Part shown: positions 8,165-16,475 of the stretch, one piece after another
How positions within the stretch are numbered: the stretch's first letter is position 1
Layout: every line of letters starts with the position of its first letter
DNA from: Candidatus Woesearchaeota archaeon
Lineage (GTDB): Archaea > Nanobdellota > Nanobdellia > SCGC-AAA011-G17 > JACPIM01
Assembly (NCBI GenBank): GCA_964513145.1
Contig: CAZELK010000012.1
Coordinates: 1,580-22,399, forward strand
Reading direction: 5' to 3'
DNA: 20,820 nucleotides
Translations under genes and position numbers: made by a program
The notes under the pieces: generated by a model
What the model was told of the DNA's origin: nothing
Databases searched by the model: none
The model's input: the letters and a program-made list of their open reading frames with translations, nothing else

Positions 8165-8503
8165 ATGATAAACGACATTGAAGAATGGAAAATGAAATTA
8201 CAAACTACAGAAAAATTAATTGTTGTAGAGGGCAAAAAAGATTTTAATGCTTTAACTTCTTTGGGTGTAAAAAATATTGTTTCTTTGAAAAATAAACCTT
8301 TGTATAAATTTGTAGAGGAAATTGCTGAAATTACAAAGGAAGCCATTATTCTGACAGATTTAGACAGTGAGGGAAGGAAATTATATTCTATATTAAGAGA
8401 AGACTTAGAAAAGAATGGTGTTAAAATTGACAAACAATTCAGGGAATTCTTATTAAACAATACAAAATTAGTCTGTATTGAAAGTATAGAAAACTTCTTC
8501 TAA
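8165..8503 (+). CDS. Small Toprim-domain protein (primase/RNase M5-like)
   Basis: IVVEGKKD and IILTDLDSEG Toprim motifs. Confidence 0.9.
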   Translation: MINDIEEWKMKLQTTEKLIVVEGKKDFNALTSLGVKNIVSLKNKPLYKFVEEIAEITKEAIILTDLDSEGRKLYSILREDLEKNGVKIDKQFREFLLNNTKLVCIESIENFF

Positions 8504-8614
8504 CTTTTTTAGGAAAAAGCTTAACCAAAGAACCCTTTTTACGAAAAGCGTTCACGGAAAAACGAAAAAGCTTAACAAAAGAGAAGCCTTAAGGAAAAAG
8601 CATTAAGGGAAAAA
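8504..8614 (+). repeat. Cluster of about 4 degenerate REP-like hairpin units, consensus about TTTTT(A)NGAAAAAGCTT(A/C)ACNAAAA
   Basis: Units: TTTTTTAGGAAAAAGCTTAACCAAAG; TTTTTACGAAAAGCGTTCACGGAAAAA; CGAAAAAGCTTAACAAAA; CCTTAAGGAAAAAGCATTAAGGG. They lie between convergent genes. Confidence 0.7.
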
Positions 8615-8641
8615 TGATAAAATAGTTTTATAAAAAATAGA

Positions 8642-8857
8642 TTAATATTCTTGTCTTTTCTTTTTAATTTTAATATGTGGGACTTCTTTTACTGCTGTTA
8701 AAACTTTTTCTAATTCGTCAATTCGCTTACTGTGCTCTTTTAAAGTCTGATCATAATTATTATGCTTTAATTTTACACGAGAAAAACTTTCCTTAGTTAG
8801 AATTTTATGATCCCTGAATTTTATCATTAATACTTTAAAAGCTTCACTTCTTGCCAA
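8642..8857 (-). CDS. Small coiled-coil hypothetical protein
   Basis: 71-aa ORF with a TTG start and a heptad-like segment. Confidence 0.55.
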   Translation of the reverse strand: MARSEAFKVLMIKFRDHKILTKESFSRVKLKHNNYDQTLKEHSKRIDELEKVLTAVKEVPHIKIKKKRQEY

Positions 8858-9114
8858 AAACCAATCACCAATTGCTATTTGATATCACCCCTATTACTTT
8901 AACATAAAATTAATATATAAATATTTGGATTTAATTTTATAACTTGCTAGAGAGAATAAAAGTATATATACTAATTTTGATTGTTAATTTATATCATATT
9001 CATGAGTCACATAACTCAGAAAATCAGGGGGTTGTTCTTACAAAATTTCGTACAGGGACTTAGCTCAATTTTTAGTTCTTTTATAATCTTGTTAAAATAT
9101 TCTGGGGTTGGAAC

Positions 9115-9756
9115 ATGACTCTTTACTTTGGAATAGATGAAAGCATAGTCCAATTAAAAAAAAGACAACAAGCATTTATTTATGTTGGCACATTTACCAA
9201 AAATTATTTTCAAGCAGAAGAACAAAAAAAGACAAGCAGAAAAATAAGAGACTTAAGTGAAAATACTTGTTTTGATTTTAGTGGTTTAGCTGGATTTTTA
9301 TTTGGTGTTTTTCTATTTAATAATTCAGCAAAAAGAGGAGAAAATAAAAAACCCGAGAAAAAATATAAACAATTTTTAAGTGTTTACACTTTAATTACTG
9401 AAGGCCTTGATGGTGCAGAATGTTTAGGAATTTTAGATGAAAATGAAGATGTTAAAATTGAAATTGATGGTCATGATACTTATAGATTGGGTGAGCCACT
9501 TTCAAATGAACTATCACAAACAAAATACAAAGGGGCTGAAATTAAATTTATTGCACATGGAGACCAGAAAGTTAAAATAATTAATCAGGCAGACATGATT
9601 GCTTATGTACTAAGGGGGTTAAGAAATATTGGTTATGCAATTGAAGATAATTTAAGTGAGAAAGGAATTGACGCATTATTAAAAGATGATAATCCAAGGA
9701 TTAAAAAAATTACTCCTTTTCATTTAGGGTATGATCTTGAAAGAAGGGTTGCTTGA
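9115..9756 (+). CDS. RNase H-like fold protein (DUF3800/RNase HII-like)
   Basis: N-terminal FGIDES, central IEIDG and C-terminal GD...INQADMIAY acidic motifs; lacks the GRGP of canonical RNase HII. Confidence 0.6.
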   Translation: MTLYFGIDESIVQLKKRQQAFIYVGTFTKNYFQAEEQKKTSRKIRDLSENTCFDFSGLAGFLFGVFLFNNSAKRGENKKPEKKYKQFLSVYTLITEGLDGAECLGILDENEDVKIEIDGHDTYRLGEPLSNELSQTKYKGAEIKFIAHGDQKVKIINQADMIAYVLRGLRNIGYAIEDNLSEKGIDALLKDDNPRIKKITPFHLGYDLERRVA

Positions 9757-9867
9757 AATTATTTTGTATAAAAATTATGATTACATATTTTAATCTTTAA
9801 TTATAATCTATTAGCTCATTATATGATAAAATGTTTTAATCTTTGATTAAAATTATTAGATTCAAAT

Positions 9868-10332
9868 TTATTCTACAAAATTATAAAATTCATCTAAAAA
9901 TATTGCTTTTTTCTTATTTCCATTATATTGTTCAAAAAGATCTCTGTCTCCAGTTATTAAAATTAGTTCAGGAATTTTATCTTTAGCTTTTAAAACCCCA
10001 ATATCTGTAATACCCAACCAACTTAAACTGTATAGTTCATCGATTATTTTCTCTTTCTCAATGTAAATTTCAAAACTTTCCTTTAAGAAAGGTATTGAAT
10101 ATGTTAAGATTTCTTCTCGCTCTCTTGAAGAGTTACCATAGTTTTTTTCCAGTGAATTAAATTCTGCTAAAATTTGAGGAGTAATATACTTTTTACGTTT
10201 GTCTAAAAAAGGCTCTAAATTCTTAAAAATTATTAAATCCTTAGGGTCCAATAAGTCTTTTTTGTACTTTCCTACTAAATAAATTATTAGAACAGAATTA
10301 TCAACCAAAATAGGATTAGAGGGGTTTTTCAT
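9868..10332 (-). CDS. PIN-domain ribonuclease (VapC-like toxin)
   Basis: ILVDNSVLI, ITPQILAEF, GITDIGVL and LITGDRDL carry the four PIN acidic residues. Confidence 0.88.
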   Translation of the reverse strand: MKNPSNPILVDNSVLIIYLVGKYKKDLLDPKDLIIFKNLEPFLDKRKKYITPQILAEFNSLEKNYGNSSREREEILTYSIPFLKESFEIYIEKEKIIDELYSLSWLGITDIGVLKAKDKIPELILITGDRDLFEQYNGNKKKAIFLDEFYNFVE

Positions 10333-10338
10333 TCGTAT

Positions 10339-10572
10339 TTATTTTTCTTCAATATTTTCAATAACTTTAGTTCCTTCATTATAAGTGATTATGTATCTTG
10401 TAGTTTCACTACCCATTCCAAGCCCCTTAACATTTATATCTATTTTATAGGTATCATATTTTGTAGGGTCTTGTTTTACTTCATTTATTTTAATAGAAAA
10501 CGCACTTGTACCCTTTAAATTATAAAGAAGTTCTTTTATTATTTTTATAGCTTGATTTAAATCTAAAACCAC
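10339..10572 (-). CDS. Small protein directly upstream of the PIN gene, putative antitoxin
   Basis: 77 aa, GTG start, 6-nt gap to the PIN gene. Role inferred from synteny only. Confidence 0.55.
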   Translation of the reverse strand: MVLDLNQAIKIIKELLYNLKGTSAFSIKINEVKQDPTKYDTYKIDINVKGLGMGSETTRYIITYNEGTKVIENIEEK

Positions 10573-10640
10573 CTACATATTTCTTTTTAATAATTATAAA
10601 AATGTTTCTAAATCTCTATAATCTATTTATTACAAGCTAT

Positions 10641-10669
10641 AATGCATTTATACGGCTTATAAACACATT
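10641..10669. other. Candidate tyrosine-recombinase core site (11-7-11 imperfect inverted repeat)
   Basis: AATGCATTTAT-ACGGCTT-ATAAACACATT, arms 9/11 complementary, just upstream of the recombinase promoter. Confidence 0.35.
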
Positions 10670-10716
10670 CCATAAAGGTTATATATTTGATTGCATAATA
10701 GAAGTAGTATTATGCA

Positions 10717-11580
10717 ATGTGGTGCAATAATGTGAAAAAAGAGGAAATTTCTAGATTTGAAGCTTTTCTTAATGGGTTTACTAAGAAAAATGGAAAAAAA
10801 TTAGGGGAAAAAACAATTCACAATATTTTGGTATTATCTAAATTTATAGAATATACTAAAGAAAATGAAACTATTGAAAATTTAATTTCTAAACATAAAA
10901 AATTCTTAGAAAATAGAAATTACCCAATGGGAAAATATAGTCTCTGGCTTTATTTGAAATTTTTGAATTATGATGAAAAAATTATAAAAGAGGTTGCAAG
11001 TTTTAGGAAAAAGAATCTAACTGCTTTAACAGATGAAGAAAAACTTGCGGCTTCTGTGTTATCTAAAAAAGAGCTTACTTTTTTAGTAGATTGTATTTCT
11101 AATTTAAGAGATAAAGTTTTATTAAGAATTCTTTATGATACTGGAGCTAGAATATCTGAAATCCTTAATTTAACATTAAAAGATATAGATTTTGATATAA
11201 AAGAAGTAAGTGTTATGGGCAAGGGCAGAAAACCTAGGACAATTTTCATTCAAAATAGTACAATTGAGCTATTAAAACTTTTAATCAAAAGCAAAAATAT
11301 AGTTTCTCCAAATAATTTGATTTTTCCAATAAAAGCAAACACAGCCTGGTATCATTTAAAGAAATATGGTAGAAAATTCTTAAATAGAGATCTACATCCA
11401 CACATGCTCAGGCATACCCGTTTGCAACATATGGCAGACGAAGGTGTAGATGCTTTTGAAATTAAAGCTTATGCGGGACATTCTTCAGTTTCAATAACAG
11501 AAACTTATGTTAAATCTTCAAAATATCAAAGAAAGTTAGCTTTTGAAAAGGCTGGGGATATATGGAAAAAGGAAAAATGA
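10717..11580 (+). CDS. Tyrosine recombinase/integrase (XerA/XerC-D-like)
   Basis: Catalytic set: R (TGARISE), K (MGKGRK), HxxR (HMLRH), H (AGHSS) and Y (TETYV). Confidence 0.93.
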   Translation: MWCNNVKKEEISRFEAFLNGFTKKNGKKLGEKTIHNILVLSKFIEYTKENETIENLISKHKKFLENRNYPMGKYSLWLYLKFLNYDEKIIKEVASFRKKNLTALTDEEKLAASVLSKKELTFLVDCISNLRDKVLLRILYDTGARISEILNLTLKDIDFDIKEVSVMGKGRKPRTIFIQNSTIELLKLLIKSKNIVSPNNLIFPIKANTAWYHLKKYGRKFLNRDLHPHMLRHTRLQHMADEGVDAFEIKAYAGHSSVSITETYVKSSKYQRKLAFEKAGDIWKKEK

Positions 11581-12101
11581 CTCCTGAAGAAATTGAAGAT
11601 ATTTTTCTACAAGGAGATGCAAGATATGAAACTTTTGCATCCGCAGATGTAGCTGAATTTTTTAATGATAATGCTTTGGAAATTATTAAAGAAGACATTT
11701 CTAATGTTGAAGCTGATGATGAAAATAAAATATATGGGCCACAAAAATTACAAAAAGCAGTAGCTAAAAAATTAATTTTAGCTCGAAATTTAATTTTAAT
11801 AGGTTATGAAAGAGATATTGGTTGGGGTAGAGTAGATGTTTTGGCCCAAACTAAAGACAATAAATTTATTGCTGTTGAATGCGGTCCATGTAGATTAACA
11901 AAAGTGATTGATTATTTTAAATGGAATGAATTGGAAGAATTATGGTTAATTTCTATTTATTATAAAGATGAAAAGTTATACATAATAAGAAGAGGTTTAA
12001 ATTGGGAAAAGAAAATTGAAGAATATAATCATATAAAAATGAAAGAGCTTGAAAAATGTCGGAAAACTATTGACTCTTTATTTAAAATTAACAATAAATA
12101 A
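11577..12101 (+). CDS. Hypothetical protein with a PD-(D/E)xK-like nuclease signature, translationally coupled to the recombinase
   Basis: ATGA overlap at 11577-11580; GYERDIGWGRVDVLAQ....FIAVECG pattern. Confidence 0.6.
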   Translation: MTPEEIEDIFLQGDARYETFASADVAEFFNDNALEIIKEDISNVEADDENKIYGPQKLQKAVAKKLILARNLILIGYERDIGWGRVDVLAQTKDNKFIAVECGPCRLTKVIDYFKWNELEELWLISIYYKDEKLYIIRRGLNWEKKIEEYNHIKMKELEKCRKTIDSLFKINNK

Positions 12102-12271
12102 TCAAAATATTTAATTACGCTTTCTATTTGATAATGGTGTCTCAAAAGCCAAGAATTTAGGCACTACAAAAAATTATAGACTTCAAGTTTTATAACCATA
12201 TAACAGTAAAATTTAATGATTTCTTTGGGATAACTTAAAAATACCTTCTTTTATTTGAAAGTGTACTTAAC

Positions 12272-12910
12272 TTATTCTTTATGCTTCTTTATTACTTCCA
12301 AAAGTTTTTTTCGTTTAGTTTTATCGTAATATATTAGCCCTTTTTCAGTTATAGAAATGAAAATTTGACGCCCTTTCCGGGTTTTTTTAATTAACCCATA
12401 TTCGTTCAACAGGTTAATGTAGTCTGAAATCATAGACCTTACATCATTATATTCTTTTTCTGGATATAACTCCTCAGCCAAATGCTTCATAGCTATTCTT
12501 CTTTGAGAAGATTCTATCTGTAACAGACCAAGTCTTAAAAAAATGTTTTGCTGAATATTTGTTAGGTCTTCCCATTTAACTAATAAATTTGGCTTTTTAT
12601 CTGTGTCTTTAGAAAACTCGATGTCATTGTAAGAAGGAGGTTCATTTTTTGGTATTTCCGCGACTATTTTCTCATGATATTTATGATTATTTAATTCACT
12701 TAATCTTGCTTCAAGAAAAAGTATTCTTTCTTTTAAATGTGCCAGGCTATTATCGTGGTGATACAAGAATGTATTTATTTTAGCAATATCTTTTTTAACA
12801 TTAAAAAAAGAATTTTTTAAACTATCTTCTATATTTTTTAATTTTCTATGTAGATGAAAGTCTAAATTAAAAGTATTTCCTCTTTTTTTATTTGAAAATA
12901 ACCACCACAT
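12272..12910 (-). CDS. Coiled-coil plus C-terminal winged-helix protein
   Basis: N-terminal coiled coil; wHTH LTNIQQNIF...MKHLAEELY...VRSMISDYINLLNEYGLIKKTRKGRQIFISIT. Confidence 0.8.
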   Translation of the reverse strand: MWWLFSNKKRGNTFNLDFHLHRKLKNIEDSLKNSFFNVKKDIAKINTFLYHHDNSLAHLKERILFLEARLSELNNHKYHEKIVAEIPKNEPPSYNDIEFSKDTDKKPNLLVKWEDLTNIQQNIFLRLGLLQIESSQRRIAMKHLAEELYPEKEYNDVRSMISDYINLLNEYGLIKKTRKGRQIFISITEKGLIYYDKTKRKKLLEVIKKHKE

Positions 12911-12958
12911 AAACTAATATTTTTAAAACTCCAATTTTTATAAAGGTTTTTATTTTTA

Positions 12959-13018
12959 TGACGCGTCACTGGAACTTCCTGTGACGTCAGTGACGCGTCA
13001 CTGACGTCAGTGACGTCT
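12959..13018. repeat. Array of TGACG(CG)TCA palindromes, including a perfect 28-bp palindrome (12982-13009)
   Basis: TGACGCGTCA at 12959 and 12991; TGACGTCA at 12982 and 13002; TGACGTCT at 13011. This is a GC-rich block in AT-rich DNA, just upstream of the TATA box (12937-12944) of the 212-aa wHTH gene. Confidence 0.95.
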
Positions 13019-13082
13019 TATTTTATTATTAAAGAGTAATTATTTGCTTAAATAAAAGCAGAAATTAACTATTTTAACTGTT

Positions 13083-13748
13083 TTATGAGAGGGTTGTTTG
13101 ATTTGGATCTGTTTTTGATAAAAGTGAGGCTAATCGAGATTTCAAACCCAAAGACCTAAATTCCTTGTCTATTACAAGAAGCGTGAGTTTGTTATTTAAC
13201 CTTATTTTTTGTAATGGAATACCCTTTTTTAACATTTGTGAGACATAAGTTCTTATACACCCTTCAGACAAAGATATGTTTCGTGAGAGTTCAAGATAAG
13301 ATGGACCTCGTTTTATGTCCTCTTCGAGCTGATAAACCACCATGAATGTGAAAAATTCTTGTTTTGTGAGAGTTAAAAATAAAGAATCAATTTGTTTTAT
13401 GTTGGATAAAGTCCAAGAAACTTTATTTTTGGAATTGATTTGTTGATTTTGTTGGTTTGGTGAGAATACTGGGTGAATGTTTGTCTGTTGAATGTCTGTT
13501 GAATGTCTGTTGAATGAATGAATGAATGAATGAATGTCTGCATAGACCCCTTCATTTCCTGTGGAAAATGTTTCCTCTGGAACATTTGGAACTTTAGTAT
13601 CTTCTTTTTGAGAAATTTCAGAAAAATCGTCTTTTTTTGAGATGCCTTCAATAAGGCTTTTAAGCTCATTTATTTGCACTTTTAAGGATTCTATATCTTC
13701 TTTAACTTTAAAAAAAGATTTTTTGAGTTTATCTTCGTCTAACTCCAT
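13083..13748 (-). CDS. Coiled-coil plus repeat linker plus C-terminal wHTH protein
   Basis: N-terminal LKKSFFKVKEDIESLK coil; linker encoded by DNA repeats; wHTH LTKQEF...SYLELSRNISLSEGCIRTYVSQMLKKG. Confidence 0.82.
   Translation of the reverse strand: MELDEDKLKKSFFKVKEDIESLKVQINELKSLIEGISKKDDFSEISQKEDTKVPNVPEETFSTGNEGVYADIHSFIHSFNRHSTDIQQTNIHPVFSPNQQNQQINSKNKVSWTLSNIKQIDSLFLTLTKQEFFTFMVVYQLEEDIKRGPSYLELSRNISLSEGCIRTYVSQMLKKGIPLQKIRLNNKLTLLVIDKEFRSLGLKSRLASLLSKTDPNQTTLS
13482..13540 (+). repeat. Intragenic tandem repeats: 3x TGTCTGTTGAA followed by (TGAA)6
   Basis: 11-mers at 13482, 13493 and 13504; TGAA run at 13511-13534. Confidence 0.95.
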
Positions 13749-13786
13749 TCAAAGAAATCTTATTTTTTTACTTATATGGATTATGA

Positions 13787-13850
13787 TTGTTGAATGAATG
13801 TTTAGATGTGTTTAGGATGTGCACAGGCTTTGTTGAATGAATGTTTAGAT
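13787..13850 (+). repeat. Two perfect 21-bp direct repeats TTGTTGAATGAATGTTTAGAT upstream of the 221-aa wHTH gene
   Basis: 13787-13807 and 13830-13850 (43-bp period); they share the TGTTGAATGAATG core with the intragenic array. Confidence 0.95.
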
Positions 13851-14336
13851 TATTTTATTAAAAATACCTATAAATATGTCTTTTTTTGGGCTAATTCCAG
13901 CATCTAAAAGCAGTTTAATAAGTTTAGCTCCTTCTCTTTTATCTTTATTCTTTGGTTTAAAACTAAATAAAGAATTTATTGTATAATTGCATAAATAACC
14001 ATCATTTATGCCCAAACAAACCTTTTTATTGGTATTTTTATCTATCACTTTTCTTTGTTTTAAATTGATTATAAAATTTGAGTAAATAAAATTATCTTTG
14101 TTTTTTTCTTCAAACCCATGATTTAGGAGTTCTTGCTTCAATAAATAGTAAAAAAGGTCTTTTTTAAGTGTTTTGAAAGGGTCTACAATTGTTTCAAATT
14201 TTATTCTATCTAATTTAATATATTTGCCTAAGTATAACCTGACTTTTTGTTTGGGTGCATATTTAACCCAAGAATTGTCAACTAAATAGGCATAAAAATT
14301 TTCATTACCCCTTTTTTTTAGTCTTATAAAAGACAT
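13845..14336 (-). CDS. Hypothetical protein; the N-terminus resembles the basic beta-hairpin seen at the start of IS1634-type transposases
   Basis: MSFIRLKKRG..FYAYLVDN...PKQKVRLYLGK; TATA box at 14359-14366, 23 nt upstream; no DDE domain. Confidence 0.65.
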   Translation of the reverse strand: MSFIRLKKRGNENFYAYLVDNSWVKYAPKQKVRLYLGKYIKLDRIKFETIVDPFKTLKKDLFYYLLKQELLNHGFEEKNKDNFIYSNFIINLKQRKVIDKNTNKKVCLGINDGYLCNYTINSLFSFKPKNKDKREGAKLIKLLLDAGISPKKDIFIGIFNKII

Positions 14337-14386
14337 AATATATTGGGCACTATGAAAGTTTATATATTTATTGAGTTAAACAAGAA

Positions 14387-14839
14387 TTAACCTATATAAC
14401 TTTCTGGACTAGACTTGGGATTAACTGATGGCAATGGCAAATGTGGTGGTAAATTTACTTCCTGGGATAAAGAAAGGGCTTTTATAGTTCCTTTAAATAA
14501 AATTGTATTAACTAAATGAATTGTTAATTCTTTTGATATTTTTTTGTCTTTTTTCCAGGTTTTAAATATATTTTTTATTGTCTCTTGTTCATCTAAATAA
14601 TAAATAAATCCAAGTAATTCTATTTCACCCACATTAGGTTCATATTGTAAAGAAAATTTAAAATCAAATCTTAAACCATCTGATTTAGCTTTGCCTGTAG
14701 GCAACTTTTCTTCTTGAACATCAGTTATTACTGCACTATTTTTTATTTGAATATTTGGTGTATTGTCTATTTTTGTCTTCTTTTCTACATATACTTTGCT
14801 AAAATTAAATCCCACGATTGGCATGAGGTTAACTACCAA
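14387..14839 (-). CDS. Conserved archaeal SecB-like-fold protein (likely start ATG 14824)
   Basis: MPIVGFNFSKVYVEK...FKFSLQYEPNVGEIELLG...LSQEVNLPPHLPLP pattern; immediately follows lon-C. Confidence 0.6.
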   Translation of the reverse strand: MVVNLMPIVGFNFSKVYVEKKTKIDNTPNIQIKNSAVITDVQEEKLPTGKAKSDGLRFDFKFSLQYEPNVGEIELLGFIYYLDEQETIKNIFKTWKKDKKISKELTIHLVNTILFKGTIKALSLSQEVNLPPHLPLPSVNPKSSPESYIG

Positions 14840-14845
14840 TAGTTA

Positions 14846-16216
14846 TTATTTAAATCTTTTTATTTTGTTTAAAATTTCTTCTTTACCCTTCCAATCTAAA
14901 GCTTCTTCGAGAACTTCTTGAATTGTAGACACGGAAATTATTTTTATTTTATTTTTATTTTCCTGTGATAAAATAATATCCTTCTCATTTGTTTTTGGAA
15001 CTATTACTTTTTTGATACCTGCTTCTATTGCTGCTTCTACTTTGGCTGAAACCCCACCAATTGCCATAACTTCTCCTCTGACTGACAAAGAGCCTGTCAT
15101 TGCAACATCTTGCTTAATGGGGACTTTTTCTAATGCTGAAATAATTGCTGTTGCAACTGCTATTGATGCTGAATCTCCTTCAACACCTTCATATGTTTGA
15201 ATAAATTGGACAAAAATATCATATTTTTCTTTAATATCTTCACCAAAATATTTTAGAATAATTGCTGAAACATTTTGTACTGCTTCTTTAGCTATTTTTC
15301 CTAATTTCCCAGTTGCTATAATTTCGGATTTTTTTCCACCTGGAGTAACTGCTGATTCTATTGGCAAAACTATTCCAGACATTGAAGAGTCTGAACCAAT
15401 AACTGCTAAACCATTTACTTTACCTATTTGAGTACCTGTAATTTTTATAATTTCATATTTTTTCTTGTTTTCAATATATTTGTCAGTAATTTGGTTTTCT
15501 AATGTTTTAGATAATTTCTTTGCTTTAATGATGTGCGACACATTAACTAAGTCTGCTTTTTCCTCTAATGCAACATCACCAGATGCTCTTATTAAACCAC
15601 CCAAGTCTCTTAATCTTAGAGTTAGTTTACCATATCTTCCAGTTCTTCTCCTAGCCTCTTCTATTATTACATCTACTGCTTCTTGATTGAAATGTGGAAT
15701 TTTTCCATCTTTTCTTACTTCCTGCGCAATAAACTGAACTATTTTTTCCCTATTTTCTTTATTATCATCCATTTCATTGTTCATAAAAACTTCATATCCA
15801 TAACCCCTTATTCTTGATCTCAGGGCTGGATGAATATGCTTAATTGTTTCAATATTTCCGGCTGCTACTAAGATAAAGTCACAAGGCACAGGATCACTTT
15901 TTACCATTGCACCACTAGATCGTTCAGACTGACCTGTAATAGAATATTTTTTTTCTTGTATAGCTGTTAATAGTTCTTGTTGTGATTCTGGTTTTAAATT
16001 TGAGATTTCATCTATATACAAAACACCTTTATTAGCTTTATGAATTATTCCTGGAATTAATCTTTCATATGCTGGTGTTCCTAGACCACCTGAGTTTTTT
16101 ACTAGAATTTTATTTGCAAACAAATTACCTGTGGTAGTTGTAAGATTATATAAATAACCACTATAATGTACTTTTTCTATTTTTTTTATTTTTTCAAATT
16201 TTAAACTCATCAACAT
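14846..16216 (-). CDS. lon: Lon protease (LonB) C-terminal half fused to a split-intein IntC (likely start ATG 16210)
   Basis: IntC ...[21 protein letters not shown]|SGGLGTP; Walker B LYIDEI; arginine finger LRSRI; catalytic Ser (GDSAS) and Lys (GVSAKVEA). Confidence 0.93.
   Translation of the reverse strand: MLMSLKFEKIKKIEKVHYSGYLYNLTTTTGNLFANKILVKNSGGLGTPAYERLIPGIIHKANKGVLYIDEISNLKPESQQELLTAIQEKKYSITGQSERSSGAMVKSDPVPCDFILVAAGNIETIKHIHPALRSRIRGYGYEVFMNNEMDDNKENREKIVQFIAQEVRKDGKIPHFNQEAVDVIIEEARRRTGRYGKLTLRLRDLGGLIRASGDVALEEKADLVNVSHIIKAKKLSKTLENQITDKYIENKKKYEIIKITGTQIGKVNGLAVIGSDSSMSGIVLPIESAVTPGGKKSEIIATGKLGKIAKEAVQNVSAIILKYFGEDIKEKYDIFVQFIQTYEGVEGDSASIAVATAIISALEKVPIKQDVAMTGSLSVRGEVMAIGGVSAKVEAAIEAGIKKVIVPKTNEKDIILSQENKNKIKIISVSTIQEVLEEALDWKGKEEILNKIKRFK
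16094..16216 (-). other. IntC half of the split intein (39-41 aa; blocks F/G; ends Lys-Asn, Ser+1)
   Basis: Block [18 protein letters not shown]; terminal Asn at 16096-16094 followed by TCA (Ser). Confidence 0.9.
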
Positions 16217-16232
16217 ATATAAGAGAAGAAAT

Positions 16233-16247
16233 TTTATAAATTTAACC
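16233..16247 (-). promoter_or_regulatory. BRE/TATA promoter for the IntC-lonC gene
   Basis: AAAGGTTAAA-TTTATAAA on -. The TATA 3' edge is 23 nt from ATG 16210, matching the PAC2 (24) and 14336 (23) genes. Confidence 0.65.
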
Positions 16248-16290
16248 TTTTGCTTTTATGTGTGTAGGTTCATGACATTTTGCTTTTATG
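16248..16290 (+). repeat. Two 13-bp direct repeats TTTTGCTTTTATG (30-bp period) upstream of the IntC promoter
   Basis: 16248-16260 and 16278-16290. Confidence 0.85.
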
Positions 16291-16475
16291 AGAAATTTGA
16301 TCAAAGATATAATTTCTTGATTGATTTATATTGAATAAAATTAAAAAGACTTATTATTGTAATAAATTCACTTAAAAATATGGACAAACAAGTTTTAGAT
16401 CACTATCTTGAATTTAGCAGAGAAACTTAAAATCCTAGTCCCTAATAGGCTGGGAATTTAGAAATTTATTCAGAT

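Noticed and set aside
12959-13018. TGACGTCA equals the eukaryotic CRE/bZIP site
   Set aside because: Treated as coincidence, since there is no bZIP protein here. The array is reported on its own merits.
13482-13850. Repeat arrays as a CRISPR array
   Set aside because: There is no regular repeat-spacer alternation, the units are 4-21 nt, and no cas genes are present.
16380-16430. Short + strand ORF MDKQVLDHYLEFSRET inside insert 2
   Set aside because: It is 16 codons with no homology evidence and cannot be supported as a gene.
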